A stretch of 64,000 bases of DNA from Candidatus Hadarchaeota archaeon (GTDB lineage: Archaea; CAYQAE01; CAYVLA01). Positions 1-9,395 of the stretch are shown in pieces (position 1 is the first letter of the stretch; each line of letters starts with the position of its first letter). The DNA lies in contig CAZUNO010000011.1 of the NCBI GenBank assembly GCA_964621445.1, forward strand, positions 1 through 64,000, given 5' to 3'. The notes beneath the pieces were generated by a model. The model had not been told where the DNA came from and did no database searches. It worked only from the letters and a program-made list of their open reading frames with translations. A program made the translations under genes and the position numbers.

Positions 1-8
1 GTAAAATG

Positions 9-92
9 TGCGGGGGGTGGGGTTCGAACCCACGGAGGCCTTCGCCACTGGATCTTAAGTCCAGCCCTTTTGACCAACTCAGGTACCCCCGC
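9..92 (-). tRNA. tRNA-Leu (anticodon UAA), no intron, CCA not encoded
   Basis: Reverse complement gives GCGGGGG/CCCCCGC acceptor stem, anticodon arm CTGGA-CT-TAA-GA-TCCAG, long variable arm, GTTCGAA T-loop and discriminator A. Confidence 0.96.
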
Positions 93-172
93 GGCGGTCT
101 GGGATGCACCCAGGAACTGAAAACTGTTAGCTGGGACAAGATCTTTATCTGTTTCCGCCGGGCATTACCTCC

Positions 173-283
173 ATGGACCCCGGCCTAACCGACTCAAACA
201 TGCTGGCAAACATCCTTCTAGGCCTCATAGCCGCAGTCCTCCTGGTCATCGTTTACAGGTACGCTTCGGAGAGGCTGAGCTGA
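173..283 (+). CDS. Small single-pass membrane protein (36 aa), not in ORF track
   Basis: MDPGLTDSNMLANILLGLIAAVLLVIVYRYASERLS; one hydrophobic helix followed by basic residues; TGA abuts the ATG of the next gene. Confidence 0.55.
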   Translation: MDPGLTDSNMLANILLGLIAAVLLVIVYRYASERLS

Positions 284-1363
284 ATGGTCGAGCACACGGA
301 GTTCGACTCCTACGTGGTCGGTGAGCTGCCCGAGGGCTGCCGGCTCTGTACCCAGGGTGCAAAACTGGTGCTCTTCGCCACCGGTTTGTGTTCCCGTAAC
401 TGCTACTACTGCCCGCTCTCCCCCCAGCGCAAGGGGAAGGACCTGGTCCTGGCCAACGAGAGGCCGGTTAATAACGACCAGGACATACTTGAGGAGGCCA
501 GGGTCATGGACGCCCTGGGCACCGGCATCACCGGGGGCGATCCCATGGTCGTCCCCGAGAGGACGCTGAGGGTTCTGTCCCTGCTGAAGTCGGAGTTCGG
601 ATCCTCCCATCACGTCCACCTGTACACCGCGGAAACCGGGATAGGGAACGATGTTCTGGGCGCCCTTGGTAAAAGGGGTCTCGACGAGCTCAGGTTCCAC
701 GCCCGGCTTTCCCACCGGGATGTGATATCCCGCGCCGTGGCTGCCGGGCTTAACGTGGGGGTGGAGATCCCGTCCATCCCCGGCGAGGCGGAGAGGATGA
801 AGCGGGTGGCAAGCATGGCCGATCGCTGCGGGTGCAAGTTCATGAACCTAAACGAGCTGGAGGTCTGCTCGACCACCGCCGAGGCATTCCGGGAGCGAGG
901 CCTGAGGGTGGTCAGCGACGAGTCCAGCGCGTTGGAGGGAAGCCTGGAGGATGCACTGGAGGTGGCCGATTTCTGTCAGGACAGCACCTCGCTGGATGTG
1001 CATGTCTGTCCCTCCTCCCTCAAGGACCGTTTTCAGCTAAGGAACCGGCTGGGCAGGATGGCTAAAAATGTCCTAAAGCCCTACGAGGCCGTGGACGAGG
1101 ACAACCTGCTGGTAAAGACCCTGGTATCCCCCCGATCGGGTGAGCATGCCGGGCTCGGCCTTTTGACCAGGAGGATCATGAAGGAGCTCTCCCTGGAGGA
1201 TGAGATGGTGTACCATGATGCGGAAAAGGGGGTCATAGAGGCTCCTCCCCATCTGGCACGGAACATAGCGGACCTGGTGGACTCCAGGAGATATGAGGTC
1301 TCCCTGGTTGAGGAGTACCCCTCCTGGGACAGGCTTAGAACCGAGAAGATACCTTTGAACTGA
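284..1363 (+). CDS. Radical SAM protein (archaeal uncharacterised family)
   Basis: CSRNCYYC (CxxxCxxC) motif, N-terminal GCRLC, ITGGDP motif. Confidence 0.9.
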   Translation: MVEHTEFDSYVVGELPEGCRLCTQGAKLVLFATGLCSRNCYYCPLSPQRKGKDLVLANERPVNNDQDILEEARVMDALGTGITGGDPMVVPERTLRVLSLLKSEFGSSHHVHLYTAETGIGNDVLGALGKRGLDELRFHARLSHRDVISRAVAAGLNVGVEIPSIPGEAERMKRVASMADRCGCKFMNLNELEVCSTTAEAFRERGLRVVSDESSALEGSLEDALEVADFCQDSTSLDVHVCPSSLKDRFQLRNRLGRMAKNVLKPYEAVDEDNLLVKTLVSPRSGEHAGLGLLTRRIMKELSLEDEMVYHDAEKGVIEAPPHLARNIADLVDSRRYEVSLVEEYPSWDRLRTEKIPLN

Positions 1364-1449
1364 TCATGCCGTCACCGTCCGGCATATCCTTAACGGGCCC
1401 AGGATAATTCCATGGATTTTACTTCAAATATCTACACCATCTGGTCTGT

Positions 1450-3258
1450 CTATTCCACCATGACGAGGGCCTCGGTTACCTGACCCAGCCTATCGGAGTT
1501 CACGGAAACGTCGGCCGTCACGGCGTATCTGCCGGGCAACCTGCCGCCCCTGAGCTTGAGGGGAATCCTTCCGGTCTGACCGGGCTCCACTCTTACCTGT
1601 CCTGGGGGCGATGATTCCCAGCCCTCATGGGTGATCAGTTCGGCCTCCACCTTGATTGAATTTTTGTGGTAGTTGTGTATCTCGAGCTCCAGGTCCAGGG
1701 ACTCCCCGCGTCCGATCCTCGACTGGTAGGGAACCAGCCTGACCCACCCGGGGTTGACCCCCATCTCGTGTGGCTCGGGAAGGAGCATTTCGAACATCTC
1801 CCGGGTTTTCTTCGCCCTCTCCTCGACGCTCCCGATCTTCTCCGCGTCGACCTCGAAGACGTCGCCGTGGCCGTGGGCAATTATGTCCGGCTCCAACTCG
1901 GCCAGTTTCCGGGCGCATTTCAGGTGGCTCCCTGCGGTGATTATGTTCCTGTGAATTATGGGCTGCGCTAACCGGTCGCCGGCCCCGGAGAGGCTATCCC
2001 CGGTGAATGCCACCCTCTTGCCATCAACGTTCACGGCCATGGCCATGTGGTACTCGGTCTGTCCCGGAAAGTGAACCACCTTGAGCGAGTACTCCTCCCA
2101 CTCCACCTCCTTTCCCTCCCCGATGGGTCGATCCACCTTCATGGGAAAGGGAAGAAGGCAGGGAACGTTGTATTCATGGGGGTTTTCCAGGATGTTAACC
2201 ATCTCTTCCAGGGCCCACAGCTCCACCCCGTGCCTTGTCTGGAGGTGGGGTATACCGCAGGTGTGGTCATCGTGGTAGTGGGTGGGGATCACCGCATCGA
2301 TGGATTTAATGCCGTAATTCTCCTTTAGCTCCCTCAGGGAGTGCTCCACGAACCTCTGGACCTCCCAGGACTCGAAGTGCCTGAGATGTGAGTAGAAGTG
2401 GTCGGTGCTTGCCGCTCCGTAGTCGATTAGCAGGGCCTTCCCCGAGTCGCTGATGAGCACGTAGAAGGTGCAGCAGGAGTGGGGGGAGACCAGGAGGTGG
2501 GGCAGTACCCTCTTTAAGGTGCGGTCTATGGTCAACGGCTGTCCCGCGAGGTGATCGTAGTACTTCCTCAGGTTGCCGATGGTTTGATCGATGGCCGCTT
2601 CGGGGTTTCTCATGGGCTCTCCGTGGGAGGGCAGGAGGATATCGGGGTCCTCCCTGCCCAGGTCCCGGAGGGAAAATGAGTTCAGGTTGATGCCCTCGGG
2701 GCCCCCGTAGGAGTGTTGCAGCTCGGTCAGGCTCCGGACCTTTCCCGGGGAGTGGATCAGATCGCCGGTAAACGCGGTCCTGAGGCCGTCGATATCCGAG
2801 AGGAGAACGATCGAGCCGTGGGTGTGGCCCAGGGCGGGCAGCACGAAAAACTCATGGCCCCTCCACCGGAAGTTCCCGTAATCCGGCAGCGAGCGGTTGA
2901 CCTCGACGCTTTCGGTCAGGGTGAAGAAGGTGGACTGGTTGTTGTAGCTGTCGTAGACCTGCTTGTTCCTCCAGAAGTTCTCGACATCATCGAAGAGGGA
3001 GCGCTCGTGAAAGGGCACCGCTATCCTGGTCCGCTCGGGCATGAGATGGTCGCCCTGGCCCTGGTCCCTGTGGTGGTGGGTGTGGAGGACCCAGTCTACG
3101 CTGGAGATCCCCAGGTCATCGAGGTGTTCCAGGATCTGGCCGGATCCCGAGTCGATCAGGAGCGCGTGATTACCGTCCCTGACCAGGTAAACGTTGCACG
3201 TGTCCCTGAGCATGTAGAGGTGCTCCGATATCATCCGGGGCCCTTTGTTTTGCGGCAT
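1450..3258 (-). CDS. MBL-fold metallo-hydrolase with two tandem MBL domains (start may be 3234)
   Basis: Two metal motifs THHHRDQ and THYHDDH, plus GHT/GQT, FTGD and PSHG/HGHG motifs; beta-rich C-terminal domain. Confidence 0.85.
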   Translation of the reverse strand: MPQNKGPRMISEHLYMLRDTCNVYLVRDGNHALLIDSGSGQILEHLDDLGISSVDWVLHTHHHRDQGQGDHLMPERTRIAVPFHERSLFDDVENFWRNKQVYDSYNNQSTFFTLTESVEVNRSLPDYGNFRWRGHEFFVLPALGHTHGSIVLLSDIDGLRTAFTGDLIHSPGKVRSLTELQHSYGGPEGINLNSFSLRDLGREDPDILLPSHGEPMRNPEAAIDQTIGNLRKYYDHLAGQPLTIDRTLKRVLPHLLVSPHSCCTFYVLISDSGKALLIDYGAASTDHFYSHLRHFESWEVQRFVEHSLRELKENYGIKSIDAVIPTHYHDDHTCGIPHLQTRHGVELWALEEMVNILENPHEYNVPCLLPFPMKVDRPIGEGKEVEWEEYSLKVVHFPGQTEYHMAMAVNVDGKRVAFTGDSLSGAGDRLAQPIIHRNIITAGSHLKCARKLAELEPDIIAHGHGDVFEVDAEKIGSVEERAKKTREMFEMLLPEPHEMGVNPGWVRLVPYQSRIGRGESLDLELEIHNYHKNSIKVEAELITHEGWESSPPGQVRVEPGQTGRIPLKLRGGRLPGRYAVTADVSVNSDRLGQVTEALVMVE

Positions 3259-3377
3259 CGTTTGCCGTTTCGGTCGAATTCGGAAATATCTTGCCCCTCG
3301 GAAAACATATTAGGACCGCCGCCTCCTGGCGGGAATGGAGAACGACCTTGGCTCAGAGCGAGATCAGAGTTGACACC

Positions 3378-3809
3378 ATGGACCAGTCCCCGGAGAAGTA
3401 CCTGGAGGAACTGGGTCTGGGAGAGCGCATGGTTACCATCCTGACCGGGTTGGACGTGATACTGGATCCCGAGGCCAGCATGGACGAGGACTTCTGGGGG
3501 CTGGTGAAGTCGGAGCTGGGCATGGCGGGCCTGGACTACGACGACCTCCCGGGCCGGAGACACCTCTCCAGCGGAACGGGGACGGTTATGGTTCTCGAGG
3601 AGCGCGATCTGCCGGGGGTGCTGGAGGCGGTGCAGTCGGCGATCGACCACTGGATGGACAGGGGCCACAGCCCCCAGAGGGTGCTGGATATAGCCTTTCT
3701 GGTGGCCAAGGGGCGGGGGATGGAGAAGGCGGAGGTCCGGGGACCGGCCAGCTCCCTGAGGGACGCCCTGCTGATAGGCAGGGACGGGTTCTCGGAGGTC
3801 GGAAGCTGA
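3378..3809 (+). CDS. Hypothetical protein
   Basis: Acidic ORF with typical codon bias; ATG at 3378 preferred over the upstream TTG at 3291. Confidence 0.65.
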   Translation: MDQSPEKYLEELGLGERMVTILTGLDVILDPEASMDEDFWGLVKSELGMAGLDYDDLPGRRHLSSGTGTVMVLEERDLPGVLEAVQSAIDHWMDRGHSPQRVLDIAFLVAKGRGMEKAEVRGPASSLRDALLIGRDGFSEVGS

Positions 3810-3857
3810 TATTTTTGCTTTAGAGCAAACTAATATTACCTATATTTTAATCAATGC

Positions 3858-3883
3858 TTTATATAGAACTACATTTTTATATA
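3858..3883 (+). promoter_or_regulatory. Tandem TTTATATA TATA-like boxes upstream of the PhoU-family gene
   Basis: TTTATATA at 3858-3865 and 3876-3883 in an AT-rich spacer; the second lies ~30 nt before the ATG at 3909. Confidence 0.5.
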
Positions 3884-3908
3884 ATGACTCCAAGTTTAGC
3901 TGGTCACA

Positions 3909-4907
3909 ATGGAGACCAGGAGAGTACAGCTCATAGGCGGGTCGACCTACGTTGTTTCCCTGCCTAAGAAGTGGGTAACCAAGTCCGATGTCAAGAAGAA
4001 ATCGGAGATAGGTCTGGTTACCCAGAGCTCTGGCTACCTGGTCGTGGTCCCCAAGCCGGAATTGCTTGAGGGCCAGAAGGAGGGCATAGTCAAGGTGGCC
4101 AACGGGGACGATAAGAAGTACATCTCCCGGTCCATCATCGCCCGCTACCTGAATGGTTGCGACGTGATCAGGGTGGTATCCGACCAGAGGCTGGAGGTTT
4201 CCCAGATAGAGGAGATCAAGTCCACCACCCGCAAGCTAATCGGCCTGGAGACCATCGAGGAGGACTCCAACGAGGTATCCCTCCACAGCCTGCTGAACCT
4301 GGAGGAGCTGGAGATTCTAAAGGGCATCAAGAGGGCCCACGCAATAGCGTGCTCCATGCAGAAGGATGCCATTAGGGCCCTGAAGCAGGGTGACGCCGAG
4401 CTCGCCCGCAGCGCCATCCAGAGGGACAGCGACGTTGACAGGCTTTACTTCCTGACCCTGAGGCAGCTAAGGCTGGCCTGCACCAACCCCGAACTTTCCA
4501 GCAGGCTGGGATTGGCCCCCATAAACTGCCTGGATTACGAGCTGGTTATCAAGAGGATCGAGCACATCGCGGACCACGCAGAGCGCATGGCCGGTCACGT
4601 TCTGGACCTCTCGGAGCTGGACGTCAATAACGGCATAGTCACCACCCTTCTGGACGTCAACAACGACTCGCTCCAGATACACCGCGGGGCCATGGATGCC
4701 CTGTTCACCGGGAACGTGGAGCTGGCCAACCAGGTGATCGATCTCCGCGACGGAATAAGGGAGAAGAGAGAGGGCATAGGTGAGCACCTGGCCGACGAGT
4801 CGGTGATGGTCAACATCAAGATCAATGCCATGCTGGACAGCACCGAGAGGATCGCCGACTACGGGACGGACATAGCAGAGGTCGCCATTAACCAGGACAA
4901 GAGCTAG
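3909..4907 (+). CDS. phoU: Phosphate uptake regulator, AbrB-like N-domain plus PhoU domains
   Basis: RRVQLIGGSTYVVSLPKKW N-terminus; DVDRLY, IEHIADHA and ERIADYG PhoU repeats. Confidence 0.9.
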   Translation: METRRVQLIGGSTYVVSLPKKWVTKSDVKKKSEIGLVTQSSGYLVVVPKPELLEGQKEGIVKVANGDDKKYISRSIIARYLNGCDVIRVVSDQRLEVSQIEEIKSTTRKLIGLETIEEDSNEVSLHSLLNLEELEILKGIKRAHAIACSMQKDAIRALKQGDAELARSAIQRDSDVDRLYFLTLRQLRLACTNPELSSRLGLAPINCLDYELVIKRIEHIADHAERMAGHVLDLSELDVNNGIVTTLLDVNNDSLQIHRGAMDALFTGNVELANQVIDLRDGIREKREGIGEHLADESVMVNIKINAMLDSTERIADYGTDIAEVAINQDKS

Positions 4908-5410
4908 CTCCCGACCAGGTCACTGTACGAGCAGAGCACCAGGTCATCATCTTTTATTGAGAATTTTTTTCGCAGCTCGCGCGCTTTTCTCTCCGCGGAC
5001 GCAGGCCCTTCCTCCTCAACGGGCACCTCGAACTCGATGAAGCTCCCCAGGTCCCGGACCAGGTCCAGGTTTACCTTCACCCTTCCCAGGTAGTAAACCT
5101 CCCTGGTCTTTCGCACCACGACCCTGACCCCCAGGGCCGAGGCCAGGACCTTTCCCAGCTCTTCCGACCTCGGGTGCCGGTATATCTGGTATACGCAGTC
5201 CCTCCTGCCCCCGTTCTCCACCCTCTGGTAGTATATGAGCTCCGATGGCTGTCCCTCTATCTCTCTGAGCTTCAACCTCCCCTCGGGGACCCGGAAGTAG
5301 GTGTCCACCTGCTCCTCGGTCCTGAAAACCTCTGCCCCCATGTCCTCCAGGATGCCCCTGGCCGCCTCGCGGGCGGGGTACCGAGCCTTGAGCTCCACGT
5401 TCTCGGGCAT
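4904..5410 (-). CDS. cyaB: CYTH-domain protein (class IV adenylate cyclase CyaB-like)
   Basis: NVELKAR, QVDTYF, RLKLRE, VRKTREVY and LGSFIEFE motifs. Confidence 0.88.
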   Translation of the reverse strand: MPENVELKARYPAREAARGILEDMGAEVFRTEEQVDTYFRVPEGRLKLREIEGQPSELIYYQRVENGGRRDCVYQIYRHPRSEELGKVLASALGVRVVVRKTREVYYLGRVKVNLDLVRDLGSFIEFEVPVEEEGPASAERKARELRKKFSIKDDDLVLCSYSDLVGS

Positions 5411-5499
5411 GGTGATTCCGGGAGATTCCCGTACCTACATAAATCCGTTCCCTAGAATAGAATATCGATGTGCCGGGGAATTCCCCTCACAAGCCGGGC

Positions 5500-5919
5500 C
5501 TAGAATCCGGGGCTCTTCAGGTACTTGAAAAGCTTGTCCAGGTCGGAAAGCACCTGGTTCATTCTCTCCACGGCGTTCTGGAGCTCCTGGACGTCCCCCT
5601 GTGTGGCATGTATCTTGGTCTTCATGCGGGGAATCTCGCCCAGGCGGGAGTTGACCTCCCCGAGCATGGCGTGCATCTCGCTTATCTTGGACTGCATCTC
5701 GGCCATCTCAGCCCTCATCTCGGTGGTTTTCTGGTCCACTGCGGAGTTCTTCTCGTCGAGCTTGAGAAAGATGCTCTGGAGGGTCTGGTAATCCTGCCTG
5801 GCCTTTGATAGCTGCTCGGATACGTCGGCCAGCTTACCCAGGATATCCCCAGCGCGGAGTTCTCTTATCTCATCGATGGCTTCGTCTGATTTTTTCTTGC
5901 CCAACCCTAAAGGTGGCAT
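5500..5919 (-). CDS. Hypothetical coiled-coil protein
   Basis: 139 aa with heptad pattern; fills the gap between neighbouring genes. Confidence 0.7.
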   Translation of the reverse strand: MPPLGLGKKKSDEAIDEIRELRAGDILGKLADVSEQLSKARQDYQTLQSIFLKLDEKNSAVDQKTTEMRAEMAEMQSKISEMHAMLGEVNSRLGEIPRMKTKIHATQGDVQELQNAVERMNQVLSDLDKLFKYLKSPGF

Positions 5920-6058
5920 TGGGCCGAGTCACGGAAGATAGGATAAAAAGGTTTTGCGTGGGCCTTTAATTGACGTTGCCGGATGCCCGGGGGGCGATTA
6001 ATCTAGCCCTCGCGCCAAGGGGTACCCGAGTGAACGTATTGAGGAGGAGGTCCCGGGG

Positions 6059-7663
6059 TTGAAGGGCCCTGCCTGGCTGGTCATAGCGGTAAACGAGTAC
6101 CGGATCAGGATCAACAGGGTACCCTCCCTGAAACCCTATTTTCCCTACCTGGCGCCCCTGTTCCTGGTCATACACGCCCTGTTCGTCGCCCCCCTGTTGG
6201 CCGACCTCTTCGCCGGGGGCTTCCTGGGCCTGATGGTGTCCAGGTCGGCCCTTTCCTTCGTTGGGATAATCCTGTTCGTTATCTTCCTGTACTTCATAAT
6301 CCTTCCCGTAACCCACACCCTGCGTGACCTGGACGCCGGGGGGTTCGAGCACTACCTCTCGGCCCCCGTGAAGCCCAGCCACCTCCTGCTGGGCGAGTTC
6401 CTGGGCGAGATGCCCTTCTACTCCCTGATAGTGGGCGTGCTGGCCGCCCTGTTCGCCGCCGCCCTCCGACCCCTGGGGCTGGGCCGGGTGCAGCTGGGCG
6501 TGGTGGTCCTGGTGTTTGTCATGGTCTTCATGTCCAGCTCCTGGATCGGGAACCTGGTTGCCGCCTTCCTCAGGTCCAAGGTCCGCAGGAGCGGTAGGGG
6601 GAGGGACATCGGGAGGGCCGTTTCCTTCATTCTGCCCCTTCCCCTGGTGTTTCTGGTGTATGCCATACAGTTCGGGGGTCTGCTTGAGGCCCTGTCCGAC
6701 CCGGCCACCAAGGGCTGGGTGAGGACCCTGCTGGGGGCTCTTCCCAGTTCCTGGGGGGCCAGGACCATCACCGCCATCGCCCGGAACCCGGGCCAGCTGA
6801 TGGCCGCTCCCTACGTCACCTTCGGCCCCTTCCTGGCCCTTTTCCTTTTTCTGGCTGGGTCCCTGTGGCTGGGGGTCAAGCTATCCGACTGGGCCTACAA
6901 GGTGGAGCCGGGGTCCCTGTCCCCCTCCATGGCCGGGGCCGAGGGGAGGCTTTCCAGGGCGGTGCGACTCCTTGCCGCCGGCGGGTCTCTGGGGGTCATA
7001 CTACTGGGGTTGCTAAGGATCTACTTCCGGCGTCTGGAGAACGTATCCAAGATAACCTATATCGGGGGCCTGACCGTGTTCCTCTCAATCTTCCTGGGGG
7101 GCCCGGAAAACGGGGAATTTGGGGTTCTGGTTCCCCTGATGGCCGTGCACTTCATGCTCCCCATGTTCACGGTGTTCGTGGTGGGCGGGGTGACCATCAG
7201 GGGAAAGGACATGCTAATGGTCTACCGCAAGGCCCCTGGTGGGGTGGCCCGTTTTATCGAGGCCTCCCTGGTGGAGAAGCTCCTGGTTGTGGCTCCGCTG
7301 GGAATGGTAGTGGGCGTGGCCTCGGTGGTGGTCAACGCCGATGCCCGGCTGTCCTCCACCCTTCCCAACCTGGCGCTTCTAGTCCCCTTCTCGGTGGCCG
7401 CGGTGGCCTTCGTGCTGGGCCTGTTCCTGGCCAACCCCGCCTTCTCGGAGAGGTCGGGCAAGTTCATACTGAACCTGTTTCTGGCAATGACCATATACGG
7501 GATCCTGCTGGTGGTATCCCTGGCCGGCGTGGTCGGGACCATCGAGGGCGGAGACCCCTGGCGGGGTATGCTCGAGCTGCAGATGGTGTACACGGTGACC
7601 ACCTCCCTGGTCGCCGTGCTGGCGCTCTACGCCGGGTGGTCCAGGTTCAGTGCCGTGGAGTAG
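6059..7663 (+). CDS. Polytopic membrane protein, putative ABC-2-type exporter permease
   Basis: About 12 hydrophobic segments; YLSAPVKP and LPSSW motifs seen in ABC-2 permeases; GGAGG upstream of the TTG start. Confidence 0.7.
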   Translation: MKGPAWLVIAVNEYRIRINRVPSLKPYFPYLAPLFLVIHALFVAPLLADLFAGGFLGLMVSRSALSFVGIILFVIFLYFIILPVTHTLRDLDAGGFEHYLSAPVKPSHLLLGEFLGEMPFYSLIVGVLAALFAAALRPLGLGRVQLGVVVLVFVMVFMSSSWIGNLVAAFLRSKVRRSGRGRDIGRAVSFILPLPLVFLVYAIQFGGLLEALSDPATKGWVRTLLGALPSSWGARTITAIARNPGQLMAAPYVTFGPFLALFLFLAGSLWLGVKLSDWAYKVEPGSLSPSMAGAEGRLSRAVRLLAAGGSLGVILLGLLRIYFRRLENVSKITYIGGLTVFLSIFLGGPENGEFGVLVPLMAVHFMLPMFTVFVVGGVTIRGKDMLMVYRKAPGGVARFIEASLVEKLLVVAPLGMVVGVASVVVNADARLSSTLPNLALLVPFSVAAVAFVLGLFLANPAFSERSGKFILNLFLAMTIYGILLVVSLAGVVGTIEGGDPWRGMLELQMVYTVTTSLVAVLALYAGWSRFSAVE

Positions 7664-7711
7664 GCCGGGCACGGCAACATATATAGAATCCCGGCAGGAA
7701 CCCGGGCATCG

Positions 7712-9391
7712 ATGAATGATGATAATCTGGAGTCACTGATACGGGGGTTCGCCCTGAGAAATGCCGTCGACCACGGGGGTGAATGCCGGCTGTCCTCGGT
7801 CCTGGGCTCCGTTTTCTCGGCCCGGGAGGAGGCCAGGTCGAGGGCCGGGGAGGTAAGCAAGGAGGCCAAGCGCGTGGTCCGGGAGGTCAACTCCATGTCC
7901 CCGGACCAACAGAGGAAGGAGTTGGAGGCCATCGAGCTCCCCGAGGACCAGGAGGAGGAACCGGAGGAGGGACTCCCTCCCCTGGAGGATGCCGAAAAGG
8001 GCCAGGTGGTCATGAGGTTGGCCCCCTACCCATCCGGCCAGCTCCACCTGGGGAGGGCCAGGATGGCCATACTCAACGACGAGTACGCGAAGCGGTACGA
8101 CGGGAAGCTGATCCTGGTCATCGATGACACCGCGGGGTCGGCGGACAAGATACCCATACAGGAGGCCTACAAGGGCATCCCCAGGGATCTGGACTGGCTG
8201 GGGGTGGAGTATCAGGAAACGGTGTACAAGTCGGACCGCCTGGAGATTTTCTACTCCTACGCGGAGAGGTTCCTCAAGGAGGGATGGGCCTACGCCTGCA
8301 CCTGCAGGGCCAAGGAGCTCAGGGAGAACAGGGCACAGGGACGGGAGTGCGACTGCCGTTCCCAGTCGGTGGAGAAGAACCTGGAGGGGTGGGAGAAAAT
8401 GCTCTCCGGCCACTACGAGCAGGGCGAGGCCGCGATCCGCCTCAAGACCGACATGCAGCACCCCGACGCCGCCTTCAGGGACCGGGTACTTCTCAGGATC
8501 AGCGAGCGCCCCCACCCCAGGGTGGGGACCAGGTACCGGGTGTGGCCCATGCTGGAGTTCTCCTGGGCCATAGACGACCACCTGCTGGGCATAACCCACG
8601 TGCTCAGGGGAAAGGACCTGATGATGGAGGACAAGATGGAGAGGTTCATGTGGGACCTCCTGGGCTGGGAGGAGCCGGTCATCATCCATCACGGCATGCT
8701 GGGCATCGCCGGGGCCAAGATGAGTAGCTCTGAGTGCAGGAGGAGGATAGAGCGTGGCCAGTACGAGGGATGGGAGGACCCCCGTACCTGGAGCATCGTC
8801 AGCCTCAAGGCAAGGGGGATCAGGGCCAGGGCCATCAGGGAGTTCATACTTTCCTGCGGGCTCTCCCTGACCGACGTCAAGGTACCGGTGAAGAGCCTGT
8901 ACGCCGAGAACAGGAAGATCATAGACCCCGTGGCCAACCGGTATAACTTCGTGAATCGGCCGGTTCGCATCTCGGTCAGGGACCCTCCCGGCATTGGCGG
9001 GGCCGAGCTCGAGTTTCACCCGGATTTCGAGGAGCGGGGAACCAGGAGCGTCCCGGTGGACCCCGGCTCGATCTACATCGACGGCTCGGACTTCGAGGAG
9101 ATGGAGGGCAGCGTGGTCAGGCTGAAGGAGCTCTACAACGTGGAGCTGGAATCCGAGGCCCCCTACAGGGGCGATGACCTGGTGTCGGAGATGGCCAAGA
9201 TCCAGTGGGTCTCAAACCCCAACCTGCCGGCGAAAGTCATCATGCCCGACGGCTCGGTCCTCATGGGTCTGGCCGACCCAGGGATCCGGGATCTCCGCCC
9301 TGGCTCGGTGATACAGTTCGTGCGTTTCGGGTTCTGCAGGCTGGACTCCCGTGAGGGGGAGGAGCACCTGTTCAGATTCGCACACCGCTAG
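7712..9391 (+). CDS. gltX: Glutamate--tRNA ligase (archaeal type)
   Basis: RLAPYPSGQLHLGR (HIGH-like), DDT, THVLRGKD, KMSSS, GWEDPR and QFVRFGF motifs. Confidence 0.95.
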   Translation: MNDDNLESLIRGFALRNAVDHGGECRLSSVLGSVFSAREEARSRAGEVSKEAKRVVREVNSMSPDQQRKELEAIELPEDQEEEPEEGLPPLEDAEKGQVVMRLAPYPSGQLHLGRARMAILNDEYAKRYDGKLILVIDDTAGSADKIPIQEAYKGIPRDLDWLGVEYQETVYKSDRLEIFYSYAERFLKEGWAYACTCRAKELRENRAQGRECDCRSQSVEKNLEGWEKMLSGHYEQGEAAIRLKTDMQHPDAAFRDRVLLRISERPHPRVGTRYRVWPMLEFSWAIDDHLLGITHVLRGKDLMMEDKMERFMWDLLGWEEPVIIHHGMLGIAGAKMSSSECRRRIERGQYEGWEDPRTWSIVSLKARGIRARAIREFILSCGLSLTDVKVPVKSLYAENRKIIDPVANRYNFVNRPVRISVRDPPGIGGAELEFHPDFEERGTRSVPVDPGSIYIDGSDFEEMEGSVVRLKELYNVELESEAPYRGDDLVSEMAKIQWVSNPNLPAKVIMPDGSVLMGLADPGIRDLRPGSVIQFVRFGFCRLDSREGEEHLFRFAHR

Positions 9392-9395
9392 CCGG

